Counted from the first letter of the whole stretch, positions 1 to 12,560 are shown. The stretch is DNA of 63,723 bases, filler included, from Lama guanicoe (GCA_013239625.1; 203 parts of 203 records of this genome joined end to end with filler, not necessarily neighbours in it), one strand, 5' to 3'. Translations and numbers: made by a program. The notes: generated from the sequence alone by a model not told the origin.

Positions 1-214
1 TCTGAAAAAGCCTCACTGGAGCTGAGGTGCAACTATTCCTATGGTGCAAACGTGTATCTCTTCTGGTACGTCCAGTACCCCTGCCACGGACTCCAGCTTC
101 TCCTCAAGTACTTTTCAGGCGACCCTTTGGTTCAAGGCATTAAAGGCTTTGAGGCTGAATATAAGAGAAGTGAATCTTCCTTCAACCTTAGGAAATCCTC
201 AGTCCATTGGAGTG
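1..214 (+). CDS. TRAV8: T-cell receptor alpha V exon fragment, TRAV8 family (closest to TRAV8-3), FR1 to FR3, partial
   Basis: Frame +1 is open throughout: [71 protein letters not shown]. The first Cys and the Trp of WYVQ are conserved. It matches recalled human TRAV8-3 ([51 protein letters not shown]). Confidence 0.93.
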
Positions 215-314
215 NNNNNNNNNNNNNNNNNNNNNNNNNNNNNNNNNNNNNNNNNNNNTTAATTAATTAANNNNNNNNNNNNNNNNNNNNNNNNNNNNNN
301 NNNNNNNNNNNNNN
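215..314. other. Artificial scaffolding linker (44 N + TTAATTAATTAA + 44 N); first of about 202 copies spaced every 314-315 bp to the end of the window
   Basis: Identical structure at every gap (12-mer at 259-270, 573-584, ...). The palindromic 12-mer gives TAA in all six frames, and flanking contigs are unrelated to each other. Confidence 0.99.
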
Positions 315-1570
315 TTTAAATTTGTCTCAACTTGATTTTTATTTCTCTTCATTTTGTTCTTCTGTTACTGATTATACTATGTTTTCAAATCTTTATTTCT
401 TCTTTTATATTTCTCTTTTTTGTTTCATTTCCACATCCACTTTAGATAAATAAATAAATAAATAAACCTCTTCAGGACTACAGTAGATAACTGATACTCC
501 ATAATCCATAGTGCCAGAGAGATATAAGNNNNNNNNNNNNNNNNNNNNNNNNNNNNNNNNNNNNNNNNNNNNTTAATTAATTAANNNNNNNNNNNNNNNN
601 NNNNNNNNNNNNNNNNNNNNNNNNNNNNGTTGTCAATACCACCACACACCTTGTCTAACCCTACTGATACAGTTAGTCTTTTTCTGAGTGAAAAATGAAA
701 CTGAAGATGACAAGGAGACTAATCATCCAAAATCAGCCACACAGAGATTTCATGTGGAGCAAACTCCAGATGTTCATGATTTAATCCTAAAATTGTGTTT
801 TTCACAAAAAATAACCTTAAAGAAACTACACTGAATTAACACNNNNNNNNNNNNNNNNNNNNNNNNNNNNNNNNNNNNNNNNNNNNTTAATTAATTAANN
901 NNNNNNNNNNNNNNNNNNNNNNNNNNNNNNNNNNNNNNNNNNTATAAGCAGATTCCCTAGCTGTCACAGGGAGAAAAAGGAAAAAAAGAATCGGAAAATT
1001 ATACTAGTCTGACCATTCCTAATTGTTTCAGATGCAGACACTGGTATCCGGATATACACAAAGGGGATGTTTTTTTAAAAGGGGATGTATTTTAAAAGAC
1101 GGCATTGTTTTTAAAGGAAGAGAGAGGGCTGAAAAAGAGATCCTATCCTATTTCTGNNNNNNNNNNNNNNNNNNNNNNNNNNNNNNNNNNNNNNNNNNNN
1201 TTAATTAATTAANNNNNNNNNNNNNNNNNNNNNNNNNNNNNNNNNNNNNNNNNNNNTTAAAGAAATAAAATTATAGCTGCTGCCTGAAAAGGAAGCTTGT
1301 TTATACAGTTTCATAAACTTTAGATCTTTATCTATATATAATAGTTAAGCATATCAGTTGATTGTTCCCCCAAATAAAATTTAAACCTTTATAGGATTCT
1401 TCATGAGGAAAAAAATCTCATTATTAACTTGCATGTTCTTGTACTTAAGGAACAGCAAGAGGTTTCCACTNNNNNNNNNNNNNNNNNNNNNNNNNNNNNN
1501 NNNNNNNNNNNNNNTTAATTAATTAANNNNNNNNNNNNNNNNNNNNNNNNNNNNNNNNNNNNNNNNNNNN

Positions 1571-1784
1571 GCATCTTTCAAAGAATTTTCTTGAAGTTCC
1601 TTGAAGTTATCGACTTTATTGGCATAAAGTTGTTCATAATAATTTTTCTTTTAATATCTGTGGAATCTGTAGTGATTGCCCCCCTTTCATTCTTGATGTT
1701 GTTAGTTTTTGTCTTATATCTTTTTTTAGTGAGCTTAATTAGAATTTTATCAATTTTCTTAATCTCTTAAAAAGTCCACATTCT
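1571..1784 (-). mobile_element. Old LINE-1 ORF2 fragment
   Basis: T-rich antisense L1 signature (ggcataaagttgttcataat...tctgtagtgattgcccccctttcattcttgat...ttttatcaattttcttaatct). Confidence 0.75.
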
Positions 1785-3640
1785 NNNNNNNNNNNNNNNN
1801 NNNNNNNNNNNNNNNNNNNNNNNNNNNNTTAATTAATTAANNNNNNNNNNNNNNNNNNNNNNNNNNNNNNNNNNNNNNNNNNNNCAGGAAATCATCCACA
1901 CACAAAGCTGGTAGGAAGGTTAAAAGACAAAAGTACTAAAATCATCTGTATCCACAATAAGTAGTGAAGGAATACACAAAACAATTAGATGTAAAATGCA
2001 CCAGTAATTGTGAGAGGAGGAGAGTACAAATACCGGATTGTGAAAATGTATTTGAAAGTAAGAGATCAGCAAATTAATATAATGACATATATATAAATNN
2101 NNNNNNNNNNNNNNNNNNNNNNNNNNNNNNNNNNNNNNNNNNTTAATTAATTAANNNNNNNNNNNNNNNNNNNNNNNNNNNNNNNNNNNNNNNNNNNNTG
2201 AAAAGAGCTAGTTTGTGGTGAAGAGTAAAGTCCATAATGAAATAGTTTGAAAACAATAAGAGATTTGTTGTTTCAGGAAAGTAGATTTTGCTAAAGTCAA
2301 CATGTATTTTTCAATCACAAAATAAAAAAAATGCATACTTTGGCATGTGCTGTGCTTACTGTGCTGGTATCCAAGTTAGACAAGAAAAGGGGATTAGACA
2401 GAAAACATCTGGNNNNNNNNNNNNNNNNNNNNNNNNNNNNNNNNNNNNNNNNNNNNTTAATTAATTAANNNNNNNNNNNNNNNNNNNNNNNNNNNNNNNN
2501 NNNNNNNNNNNNGACAAATACAGTAATTGTTTAGAAATTTTCATAGCTATTTGTGCTGCAGCATCTAAGTGGATGGCCCTGCCTTCCTGAACCAGGTGTA
2601 GACTGGATGTTGAGGGATTCATGTGATGAGACACACAAGGTAGGCACTAAATAACTGTTGAATGCAGTAGGACCGTGTTCTTCAATAATTATCCAGGGTA
2701 AAGAGTTTGTCCAGATTGCAAATCAANNNNNNNNNNNNNNNNNNNNNNNNNNNNNNNNNNNNNNNNNNNNTTAATTAATTAANNNNNNNNNNNNNNNNNN
2801 NNNNNNNNNNNNNNNNNNNNNNNNNNGACACACTATTTCTAAGTATCTCTGAGGAATAAGGCAGGTGTGTTACAACTAAATGTCTGGGAAAAAATGTACC
2901 CAGAAAGAATAACACAGCAAGAACTCTGCTGAAACCATGCCAGTGAAATGTTCTCCTTTTCCCCATGTTTCAACAATTGTATATTTGAAGTAGATCAATA
3001 TGAAATTCTATATTTAGTACTGGTACATGGAGTACAGTGTNNNNNNNNNNNNNNNNNNNNNNNNNNNNNNNNNNNNNNNNNNNNTTAATTAATTAANNNN
3101 NNNNNNNNNNNNNNNNNNNNNNNNNNNNNNNNNNNNNNNNTTCACTGAGCTAGTGGAATGCAAAACAGGATGCAGGAGGCTGGGAGGTAACTAAGTGCCA
3201 GGGAGGAGCATCGAACGGCTCACAAACGTCATCAACTTGGAAACCTTCTTTCATGGGATAAGAGGCAGTGAGAAGAACTTAGAAACTCTCTAGAAGGAAC
3301 AGCTCTGGCCAGGCCTACTCTGTGTTTCTTCGTGTTGACATCTTCTAGAAACATNNNNNNNNNNNNNNNNNNNNNNNNNNNNNNNNNNNNNNNNNNNNTT
3401 AATTAATTAANNNNNNNNNNNNNNNNNNNNNNNNNNNNNNNNNNNNNNNNNNNNAAGGATGGAGAATGTAAGTTTTTAGTAGAAAGCTGTATAGAATAAG
3501 ATACCATCGGTTGATCATAGATGAAAATGTTTAGGATATATGTGAATGTGTGTGAGATTTTCCTGTGTGGTCATTATGAAAGGGTACATTTTAAAGACTC
3601 GCATGTGTTTTGTAGGCAGTTACGTTTGTTGAAGGGGAAG

Positions 3641-3668
3641 GTGGGTGTGTGTGGGTGTGTGTGTGTGT
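3641..3668. repeat. Imperfect (GT)n microsatellite at contig end
   Basis: gtgggtgtgtgtgggtgtgtgtgtgtgt. Confidence 0.85.
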
Positions 3669-4396
3669 NNNNNNNNNNNNNNNNNNNNNNNNNNNNNNNN
3701 NNNNNNNNNNNNTTAATTAATTAANNNNNNNNNNNNNNNNNNNNNNNNNNNNNNNNNNNNNNNNNNNNCATTCACTGGTGCTGGTGTCCATGTGGCCCAC
3801 CACGTACACCTTAGGGTCTTCCACGCTTAGCCTGGTGTAGCTCCTCAGTGGGGCTGTGGCTCTTTGTGGGCAGCAGGTGATGGCAAAGCTGGTCCGCCTG
3901 CTTTTGCTCCAGGACATCTGTTACCTCCCGCCACTGCAGCCCTGCCAGGAATGCCCTCCGCTGACATAGTAGGTGCAGTTTTNNNNNNNNNNNNNNNNNN
4001 NNNNNNNNNNNNNNNNNNNNNNNNNNTTAATTAATTAANNNNNNNNNNNNNNNNNNNNNNNNNNNNNNNNNNNNNNNNNNNNCTTCTTTTTTGAATTTTG
4101 ACTCATAAGTCCTGGCTGCCTTGGCACCTCTTTGTTGATTTTTAAAGATTTTAAAGTTATTGTTAGCAGGAGGATGTGTCTGATACAAGCCAGTCTACCA
4201 CAGACAAGAACAGAAATCTTGTAACCTGCTTGTATGAAGGAGTTTTGTGACCGCTACTTTGTGCTAGACCTGGAGGTTAAGTAGAAAAGGAATCAANNNN
4301 NNNNNNNNNNNNNNNNNNNNNNNNNNNNNNNNNNNNNNNNTTAATTAATTAANNNNNNNNNNNNNNNNNNNNNNNNNNNNNNNNNNNNNNNNNNNN

Positions 4397-4521
4397 AAAG
4401 CCTACTGATCTAAATGTTAATATCATCTGAAAAATACCTCATAGCACCTCCTAAACTGATATTTGGCCAAATATCTGGGTATCAAGCTTAGAAAAGTGGA
4501 AACATAAAATTAACCGTCACA
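4397..4521 (-). mobile_element. MLT2-type (ERVL) LTR, 5' end
   Basis: Reverse complement starts TGTGACGGTTAATTTTATGT, resembling the MLT2 start TGTGATGGTTAATTTTATGTG; also contains ccaaatatctggg and aaatgttaatatcatct. Confidence 0.7.
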
Positions 4522-5024
4522 CCTTTATCTTTATCTTTTGTTATTCTGAAAGCCTCGTTTCTTTTCATGGGTTTACTATACCAGCTTTTTTTGCTGTTTG
4601 TATGATATATNNNNNNNNNNNNNNNNNNNNNNNNNNNNNNNNNNNNNNNNNNNNTTAATTAATTAANNNNNNNNNNNNNNNNNNNNNNNNNNNNNNNNNN
4701 NNNNNNNNNNCTTTGCTTCATGGCAGACACTCGGAGTGGGCAGGGGTCTGTGCCAGGAGCGGGCAGGGCAGCCCCATCCTGCGCCTGGCTCTGCGGCAGG
4801 GGTCATCCAGCTCCAGCCTGAGCTTGGCAGGTGCTCCTGGGTTCTGGGGCCCCTGTCACGGGCACGTGTGTATGTGTACGTCAGCCACAAGGTCCCCAGA
4901 AGGTGAGGACCAGAAAGAGACATTNNNNNNNNNNNNNNNNNNNNNNNNNNNNNNNNNNNNNNNNNNNNTTAATTAATTAANNNNNNNNNNNNNNNNNNNN
5001 NNNNNNNNNNNNNNNNNNNNNNNN

Positions 5025-5165
5025 AACCAGGACTTGCCTCTGACCTCTGAGTTGGAGGGGGCAGGGCAATCTTGTAGGACTGAGCCCTTAACCCGTGGGA
5101 TCTGGTGCTACCTCTGGGCATATAGTGCCAGAATTAAGTTGTAGGCTGGTGTCAGAGAATTCCTT
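5025..5165 (+). mobile_element. MER21-like LTR fragment
   Basis: cttgtaggactgagcccttaacccgtgggatctggtgctacctctggg...agtgccagaattaagtt...gctggtgtcagagaatt resembles the MER21 3' part. Confidence 0.65.
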
Positions 5166-5652
5166 GTTTGCATGGAGCAAAGGACAGAAATTACAAATAG
5201 TTTTGGGTAAATGAACTCTCTTTTTACTTAAAAAAAAANNNNNNNNNNNNNNNNNNNNNNNNNNNNNNNNNNNNNNNNNNNNTTAATTAATTAANNNNNN
5301 NNNNNNNNNNNNNNNNNNNNNNNNNNNNNNNNNNNNNNATGGATCACCCAACCCCAACATATTGGGGAGAGGAAGAACCATTGACTTTTCCGAGCCCAGG
5401 TCCCCCTCAGTCTTAGCTGTCTTTGGGCTAGTGTTACTCATCCTTAGCTAGTCTTCCCCTCCTGACTCGCCACTTCTACCCCGCTGCCTCGGACCAGACC
5501 CTGTCTTACTATTGACCTCAACATGGAAAGAGCTGGACTTGATTGAGCAGTGNNNNNNNNNNNNNNNNNNNNNNNNNNNNNNNNNNNNNNNNNNNNTTAA
5601 TTAATTAANNNNNNNNNNNNNNNNNNNNNNNNNNNNNNNNNNNNNNNNNNNN

Positions 5653-5866
5653 AAATTATTCACGTTGTGTAACTGAACTTCATATCCATTGAATAGCAAC
5701 CCGACCTCTCTCCTCCCAACCCCTGCCAACAATCATTCTCTGCTTCTACAAGCTTGACTACTGCAGATAATTCCTATATGTGGGATCACACAGTATATGT
5801 CCTTCTGGGACTGACTTGTTTCACTTAGCATAAGGTCAAGTTTCATCCACCTTGTCATATGTGGCA
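5653..5866 (-). mobile_element. LINE-1 3'UTR fragment (L1MA/MB type)
   Basis: tgtaactgaacttcatatccattgaatagcaac...gggatcacacagtatatgtccttct...ttcacttagcataa. Confidence 0.8.
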
Positions 5867-6594
5867 NNNNNNNNNNNNNNNNNNNNNNNNNNNNNNNNNN
5901 NNNNNNNNNNTTAATTAATTAANNNNNNNNNNNNNNNNNNNNNNNNNNNNNNNNNNNNNNNNNNNNAGCTATCCTTTCTCTGGAGGTCATTCCCAGGTGG
6001 TGATAAGGCTTTAGAAGGCAGAAATCACAATAGATATAAAAAAGTATGATATTTATTATTTAATAACCCCACCAGAGCTATCAAAGTAATGCCATGCTAC
6101 GTTTCCATCATGTAGTTATTACAGGGAGGTCGTCTTGGATTGAAAGAAGCACACTTTAAAACCCAAGTCCACACCATTATNNNNNNNNNNNNNNNNNNNN
6201 NNNNNNNNNNNNNNNNNNNNNNNNTTAATTAATTAANNNNNNNNNNNNNNNNNNNNNNNNNNNNNNNNNNNNNNNNNNNNGATCTTTGAGAGACAGGTAC
6301 AGGGGCCCAAAGGACTGGACAAATAAAAAAGATGCGTAAATTGTGACGCCCTAGAGGTACTCCAGGCATGATGGGTTTTTTTTTTTAGTGCTGTTACTGT
6401 GGCCTCTGCCTGGGGCAGGTCCCCGCTGAGGTCAGCGAGCTGCCCGTGGGACCTTGTTTATTTGTGTTAGGCTTTTAGCTGAGATTGGGGACAGNNNNNN
6501 NNNNNNNNNNNNNNNNNNNNNNNNNNNNNNNNNNNNNNTTAATTAATTAANNNNNNNNNNNNNNNNNNNNNNNNNNNNNNNNNNNNNNNNNNNN

Positions 6595-6722
6595 CCCAAA
6601 GCAATCCACAGATCCAACACAACCCCCATCAAAATACTTGTGACATTCATCACAGAACTAGAACAAACAATTCCAAAATTCATAAGGAATCACAAAAGTC
6701 CCCGAACAGGCAAAGCAATCTT
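6595..6722 (+). mobile_element. LINE-1 ORF2 fragment
   Basis: Translates PKAIHRSNTTPIKILVTFITELEQTIPKFIRNHKSPRTGKAI, compared with L1 PKAIYRFNAIPIK...FFTELEKTILKFIWN.KRPRIAK. Confidence 0.88.
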
Positions 6723-6908
6723 TTTGTAAGTCTCTCTCTCTCTTTTTTTCTCTTTCTTGTTTTTGTTTTCTTTTCTTATGGTTTGATGACTAGAGAAGGT
6801 CCTTTAACNNNNNNNNNNNNNNNNNNNNNNNNNNNNNNNNNNNNNNNNNNNNTTAATTAATTAANNNNNNNNNNNNNNNNNNNNNNNNNNNNNNNNNNNN
6901 NNNNNNNN

Positions 6909-7095
6909 TCTCCCACTTGTTGGCATATGAAATTACACGGTCCCTAAAAACTAACCACCTCACACCTCAGGGCTGCCTCTCTTGCCTTCTGAGAGGGACC
7001 ACATTCTGTGTATGGAGTGTGGATCTCCCTGAGTAAGTCTACTTTCACTTTACTGTGGCCCACTCTTGAATTCTTTCCTGCACGAGACCAAAAGC
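6909..7095 (+). mobile_element. ERV1-type LTR, R/U5 fragment
   Basis: ctaaaaactaaccacc...tggagtgt...tctactttcactttact...ctcttgaattctttcctgcacgagacca is typical of an ERV1 LTR 3' end. Confidence 0.55.
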
Positions 7096-7884
7096 TACTC
7101 TCCAGCAACTTTATGAGTGCTTNNNNNNNNNNNNNNNNNNNNNNNNNNNNNNNNNNNNNNNNNNNNTTAATTAATTAANNNNNNNNNNNNNNNNNNNNNN
7201 NNNNNNNNNNNNNNNNNNNNNNCGATTCTTATAAACAAGCCATCAGCAAGGGGCAGTTTATTAAGACCTGCTGTGTGGGATGTGCCCAGAACATAACGAT
7301 AAGCAGAGCTAATGAAATGAGACAAGATGTAGTTATAAATCATCCAATATCCAGAGACCTCACGCTGAGGCACGAGAGACAGATGGAAAGCACTCTCCCC
7401 TCGATGACATCAATGAGCAGCTGAATTTACCCACATNNNNNNNNNNNNNNNNNNNNNNNNNNNNNNNNNNNNNNNNNNNNTTAATTAATTAANNNNNNNN
7501 NNNNNNNNNNNNNNNNNNNNNNNNNNNNNNNNNNNNTGTTCAGGGACTTGAAACAAAAAGCTGTCAAGTCAAGAAAAGAAGGAAGAACCTTTAAAGCATG
7601 TTGCTAAGTGAAAAAGACAATCTGAAAATTTCACATGCACTATGAAATTCCAACTATTTAACATTCGGGAATAGGCAAAGCTATGGAGACAATGAAAAGA
7701 TCTGTTTGAGGGGCTGGATTCTGTTTGGGGGTGATTGGAAAGCATGAAAANNNNNNNNNNNNNNNNNNNNNNNNNNNNNNNNNNNNNNNNNNNNTTAATT
7801 AATTAANNNNNNNNNNNNNNNNNNNNNNNNNNNNNNNNNNNNNNNNNNNNGTGTTGTTGGACAGCCTTTCTGCTGTGTATGTTG

Positions 7885-8015
7885 CATAAGTGATTTCACA
7901 TCCTTAGAATATCTGTGAAGGGTTAATGTTATTATCTCATTATTGCAAATGAGATAACTGAGGTTCGAAGAAGTTAAGCGAAACCCGCAAGAGGATCAGT
8001 GGTGCTAGGATTCAT
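7885..8015 (-). mobile_element. MIR SINE fragment
   Basis: ttattatctcattattgcaaatgagataactgaggttcgaagaagttaag is the antisense MIR core. Confidence 0.75.
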
Positions 8016-8792
8016 CCTCACATACTTAGGCTACCTGTGGCTGGGATCCCATTGTACAACTTTTNNNNNNNNNNNNNNNNNNNNNNNNNNNNNNNNNNNN
8101 NNNNNNNNTTAATTAATTAANNNNNNNNNNNNNNNNNNNNNNNNNNNNNNNNNNNNNNNNNNNNTTTTGCTGTAACTGCACAAACACCCAGAGCACATCT
8201 AGTTCCAGATCCAGCTTCTGTCTTCATACTCACTTCTACCTCCCAGCAATGTCTCCCTGGGGTAAGGTCATCCTGGCCCAAAACACTGGAGATGGTTTCA
8301 GACTCTTCTTGCTCTTGGTGTGTTGAGGTGTCACCATTCTGAGGATCATTCTCTTTTAAATGAACTTGTTTTCTGCTCNNNNNNNNNNNNNNNNNNNNNN
8401 NNNNNNNNNNNNNNNNNNNNNNTTAATTAATTAANNNNNNNNNNNNNNNNNNNNNNNNNNNNNNNNNNNNNNNNNNNNAAAGGAACTGCTAACCCAAGCC
8501 CCAGCACTAGGCTTACCAGATGTAACATGAGAGCTTAATCTGTTTGTACATGAAAGAGACCAAACTGCTCTTGGAGTCCTGACTCAGAATGTGGGGACAT
8601 GGCAGTGACTTGTGGCCTATTTGTCTAAAAGACTGGGCCCTGTAGCATCAGGATGGGCACCCTGTTTACGGGCCCTCGCTGCCACAGCCCTCNNNNNNNN
8701 NNNNNNNNNNNNNNNNNNNNNNNNNNNNNNNNNNNNTTAATTAATTAANNNNNNNNNNNNNNNNNNNNNNNNNNNNNNNNNNNNNNNNNNNN

Positions 8793-9006
8793 TTGGGGGA
8801 TGCAATTTTAAAAGGGATTATTTCTTTACTTTCCTTTTCTGGTAGTTTATTGTTAGTGCAAAGAAATGCAACTGAATTGTATGTTAATCTTGCATCCTGC
8901 TACCTTGCTGAATTCTTTTATCAGCTCTAGAAGTTTTTGTTGGAGCCTTTAGGGTTTTCTATATATAGTATCATGTTATCCACATATAGTGACAATTTTA
9001 CCTCTT
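8793..9006 (-). mobile_element. LINE-1 ORF2 fragment
   Basis: ttattgttagtgcaaagaaatgcaactga...atcctgctaccttgctgaattc...tttagggttttctatatatagtatcatg. Confidence 0.88.
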
Positions 9007-9420
9007 NNNNNNNNNNNNNNNNNNNNNNNNNNNNNNNNNNNNNNNNNNNNTTAATTAATTAANNNNNNNNNNNNNNNNNNNNNNNNNNNNNNNNNNNNNN
9101 NNNNNNCTGTTTTGTAAATAAGTTCATTTGTCTCATTTTTTTAGATATTTGAGCAGGACCCTGTCTTGGAGTCCTTCTGCTCCCTGGCGTGAGCTCCTGG
9201 AGGGCAGGCAGGCTCGCACTCACCTCTGCCTGCTCTGGAGGTGAGAGCCTGGTGCACAGTGGGCCCTCAGAGCTGCTTGTTACGTGCTCACAGTCAGGCA
9301 GCTCAGCCCCCCTTCCCCCGNNNNNNNNNNNNNNNNNNNNNNNNNNNNNNNNNNNNNNNNNNNNTTAATTAATTAANNNNNNNNNNNNNNNNNNNNNNNN
9401 NNNNNNNNNNNNNNNNNNNN

Positions 9421-9948
9421 TAGGACCCTTTTAAAATTTTCTTATATCCAAATTTTCCTGCAAAGTATCCATGTTTTCTGGAGAAAAAAAAATTTTTAAC
9501 CAGATCTAAATTCTTGGCATTATATTTGAATTTCTAAAGACTGAATCATTTTAGTTCATTGGGAAGATATTGCATTCAAGTTCAGTTTTAATTTTAAAGT
9601 ATAATCCTACTTGACTAGAAGATGCCATGATCTANNNNNNNNNNNNNNNNNNNNNNNNNNNNNNNNNNNNNNNNNNNNTTAATTAATTAANNNNNNNNNN
9701 NNNNNNNNNNNNNNNNNNNNNNNNNNNNNNNNNNTAGGACCCTTTTAAAATTTTCTTATATCCAAATTTTCCTGCAAAGTATCAATGTTTTCTGGGGAAA
9801 AAAATTTTTTTAGCCAGATCTAAATTCTTGGCATTATATTTGAAGTTCTAAAGACTGAATCATTTTAGTTCATTGGGAAGATATTGCATTTAAGTCCAAT
9901 TTTAATTTTAAAGTATAATCCTACTTGACTAGAAGATGCCATGATCTA
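9421..9948 (+). other. Bubble pair 1: contigs 9421-9634 and 9735-9948
   Basis: Same ends, 49 identical bases at each end, about 9 differences between. Confidence 0.95.
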
Positions 9949-10048
9949 NNNNNNNNNNNNNNNNNNNNNNNNNNNNNNNNNNNNNNNNNNNNTTAATTAA
10001 TTAANNNNNNNNNNNNNNNNNNNNNNNNNNNNNNNNNNNNNNNNNNNN

Positions 10049-10142
10049 GGCTATAGCTCAGGCGTAGAGCACATGCTTAGCATGCTTGAGGTCCTGGGTT
10101 CAGTCCCCAGTACCTCCACTAAAAAAAGGAAAGAAAGAAAAA
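10049..10142 (+). mobile_element. tRNA-derived SINE (camelid Vic-1-like) with A-rich tail
   Basis: A box TAGCTCAGGCGTAGAG, B box GGTTCAGTCCC, body gcacatgcttagcatgcttgaggtcctggg, tail aaaaaaaggaaagaaagaaa. Confidence 0.85.
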
Positions 10143-10466
10143 GTGCTAGGTTTAATGTCTTCTCACACATAAGGGCAAGTCATTTTGTCATCCTGAAATG
10201 CGGGGACATCCACTGGTCCTTATCAATGCAAAGTGATGATCCTATATCATAGTTTTTCTAATNNNNNNNNNNNNNNNNNNNNNNNNNNNNNNNNNNNNNN
10301 NNNNNNTTAATTAATTAANNNNNNNNNNNNNNNNNNNNNNNNNNNNNNNNNNNNNNNNNNNNAGTATTAGATTTAAAAGATACCATATTCCAAATATCTG
10401 TTTGTGATTCTGAGATGTAAACTTCCAAATACCATTTCACACAAAATAATATGCATACTGATTAAG

Positions 10467-10480
10467 CCACCAGATGGTCC
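10467..10480 (+). promoter_or_regulatory. CTCF-core-like motif
   Basis: CCACCAGATGGTCC compared with consensus CCASYAGRKGGCRS; motif match only. Confidence 0.25.
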
Positions 10481-11304
10481 AAAATAAAAACAAAACCATT
10501 TTTGTGGGTAATTTTATTGAGAATTTTAATGTGAGATGGCAAGAAAATCATCTTATTATAATCCACAATAAAAAAANNNNNNNNNNNNNNNNNNNNNNNN
10601 NNNNNNNNNNNNNNNNNNNNTTAATTAATTAANNNNNNNNNNNNNNNNNNNNNNNNNNNNNNNNNNNNNNNNNNNNCTCCTTTGCCTCCTGCATACTTTG
10701 GCACATTTCAGTCTTTTTCATCATGTTGTTCTGTCTGCTGACACCCTAATCTGAATATCCGACTCAGACAACTCAAGCATCTTCCATGAAAGACTATCAA
10801 ACATATCACTGCTGTCATTAAATTGGAAGATGAATTAAAAATTTTTTTTTAAAAAAGAAGATCTCAGGTCTGGGTCTGTGATCCAAAATANNNNNNNNNN
10901 NNNNNNNNNNNNNNNNNNNNNNNNNNNNNNNNNNTTAATTAATTAANNNNNNNNNNNNNNNNNNNNNNNNNNNNNNNNNNNNNNNNNNNNTAAACTCTCA
11001 TATGGACCAAGGGACAGCCATCTACTTAGCACATTATATATTTGCCTTTGCAGGCTCTAAGTTGGGGATGGGGGGTGGGGATGCTGGGAAAGAAAGAGTA
11101 ATGAGGTCAGGCTGCATTCATGTACCAGCACACGACAGAGGAGACCAAGATTTCATTAGACAGATGAGGGCATGTTGTGACAGATGTTACAACAGGGTAT
11201 AATGNNNNNNNNNNNNNNNNNNNNNNNNNNNNNNNNNNNNNNNNNNNNTTAATTAATTAANNNNNNNNNNNNNNNNNNNNNNNNNNNNNNNNNNNNNNNN
11301 NNNN

Positions 11305-11518
11305 TTTCAGTTCATTTGAGTGTAGACTTGGAAGTGGAATTAATAGATTATGTGGCAATTCTGTGTCTAATGTTTTGAGGAACGTCCACGTGGTTTCCCA
11401 CAGTAGCTGCACCGTGTCATACTTCCACCCCAAGTGCACCAGGGTTCCCGTGTCTCTACACTCTTACCGACACTTGTTTTCTGGTTTTTTGCTAGTAGCT
11501 ACCTTATAAGGAGCATGA
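11305..11518 (-). mobile_element. LINE-1 ORF2 3' end fragment
   Basis: gaagtggaatt...ttttgaggaacgtccacgtggtttcccacagtagctgcacc...ttccacccc...agggttccc. Confidence 0.85.
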
Positions 11519-12560
11519 NNNNNNNNNNNNNNNNNNNNNNNNNNNNNNNNNNNNNNNNNNNNTTAATTAATTAANNNNNNNNNNNNNNNNNNNNNNNNNN
11601 NNNNNNNNNNNNNNNNNNAAAGGAAAAATGTTTAGAGCAATAGTAACAACTTGAATGAATGGTGAAACTGAGGCAAACAGAGGTTAAGTCTGCACACATA
11701 TGATGTGGTTGACAGAGGGTTTGATTTCAGACCTGTCTGACTTCACTGTGATAGTCAACAGCTGGAATGGAGATGGGTGTGTAGGAGTGGGAGGTGACTT
11801 GTTACCCTCATTATTCATGTTATGAAAGGATTNNNNNNNNNNNNNNNNNNNNNNNNNNNNNNNNNNNNNNNNNNNNTTAATTAATTAANNNNNNNNNNNN
11901 NNNNNNNNNNNNNNNNNNNNNNNNNNNNNNNNATCTTTTGAGGTCATGTGACCCCATTCTGACCACCATGCATTAACCAGGGGGTCCGCAGAGATGGGAA
12001 CTTCAGGGGCCGTGGGGGCAGGGCATCACAACGTGCAACTGTATCGGCTGCTTCATCGGCTTCCTTGAGGTCCCTGGAGAGGCAGAGCTTGCCCGCCGGG
12101 GGCGACTGGGATCCTTCCAGACAAGCAGGCTACATGGTGTGGGTTCNNNNNNNNNNNNNNNNNNNNNNNNNNNNNNNNNNNNNNNNNNNNTTAATTAATT
12201 AANNNNNNNNNNNNNNNNNNNNNNNNNNNNNNNNNNNNNNNNNNNNCTGAAAAATAAACCAAAGGAAGTAGACTGGGAAAGAAAGTCAAAACTTACGGAA
12301 GAATCTCACTAAGGAAGAATTTTCATTATTTTTTTGTGATTTTCTCCTTTATCTTGTGGCTTTGCATGGAGAGCAAACGCTAAGTCTAAGAACTGACAAC
12401 AAACAGTGAAGTGGATGGTGAAACCTCTGACAGAAATCTCTTTTTTGGGGAGCAGCCAGCNNNNNNNNNNNNNNNNNNNNNNNNNNNNNNNNNNNNNNNN
12501 NNNNTTAATTAATTAANNNNNNNNNNNNNNNNNNNNNNNNNNNNNNNNNNNNNNNNNNNN

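Noticed and set aside
3769..3982. Coding-like minus-strand sequence (..SVEDPKVYVVGHMD..)
   Set aside because: All three minus frames contain a stop and I recognise no protein; it could be a pseudogene but this needs BLASTX.
10049..10120. tRNA gene
   Set aside because: It has A and B boxes but no proper acceptor stem, has an A-rich tail, and has dispersed relatives in the window, so it is a SINE.
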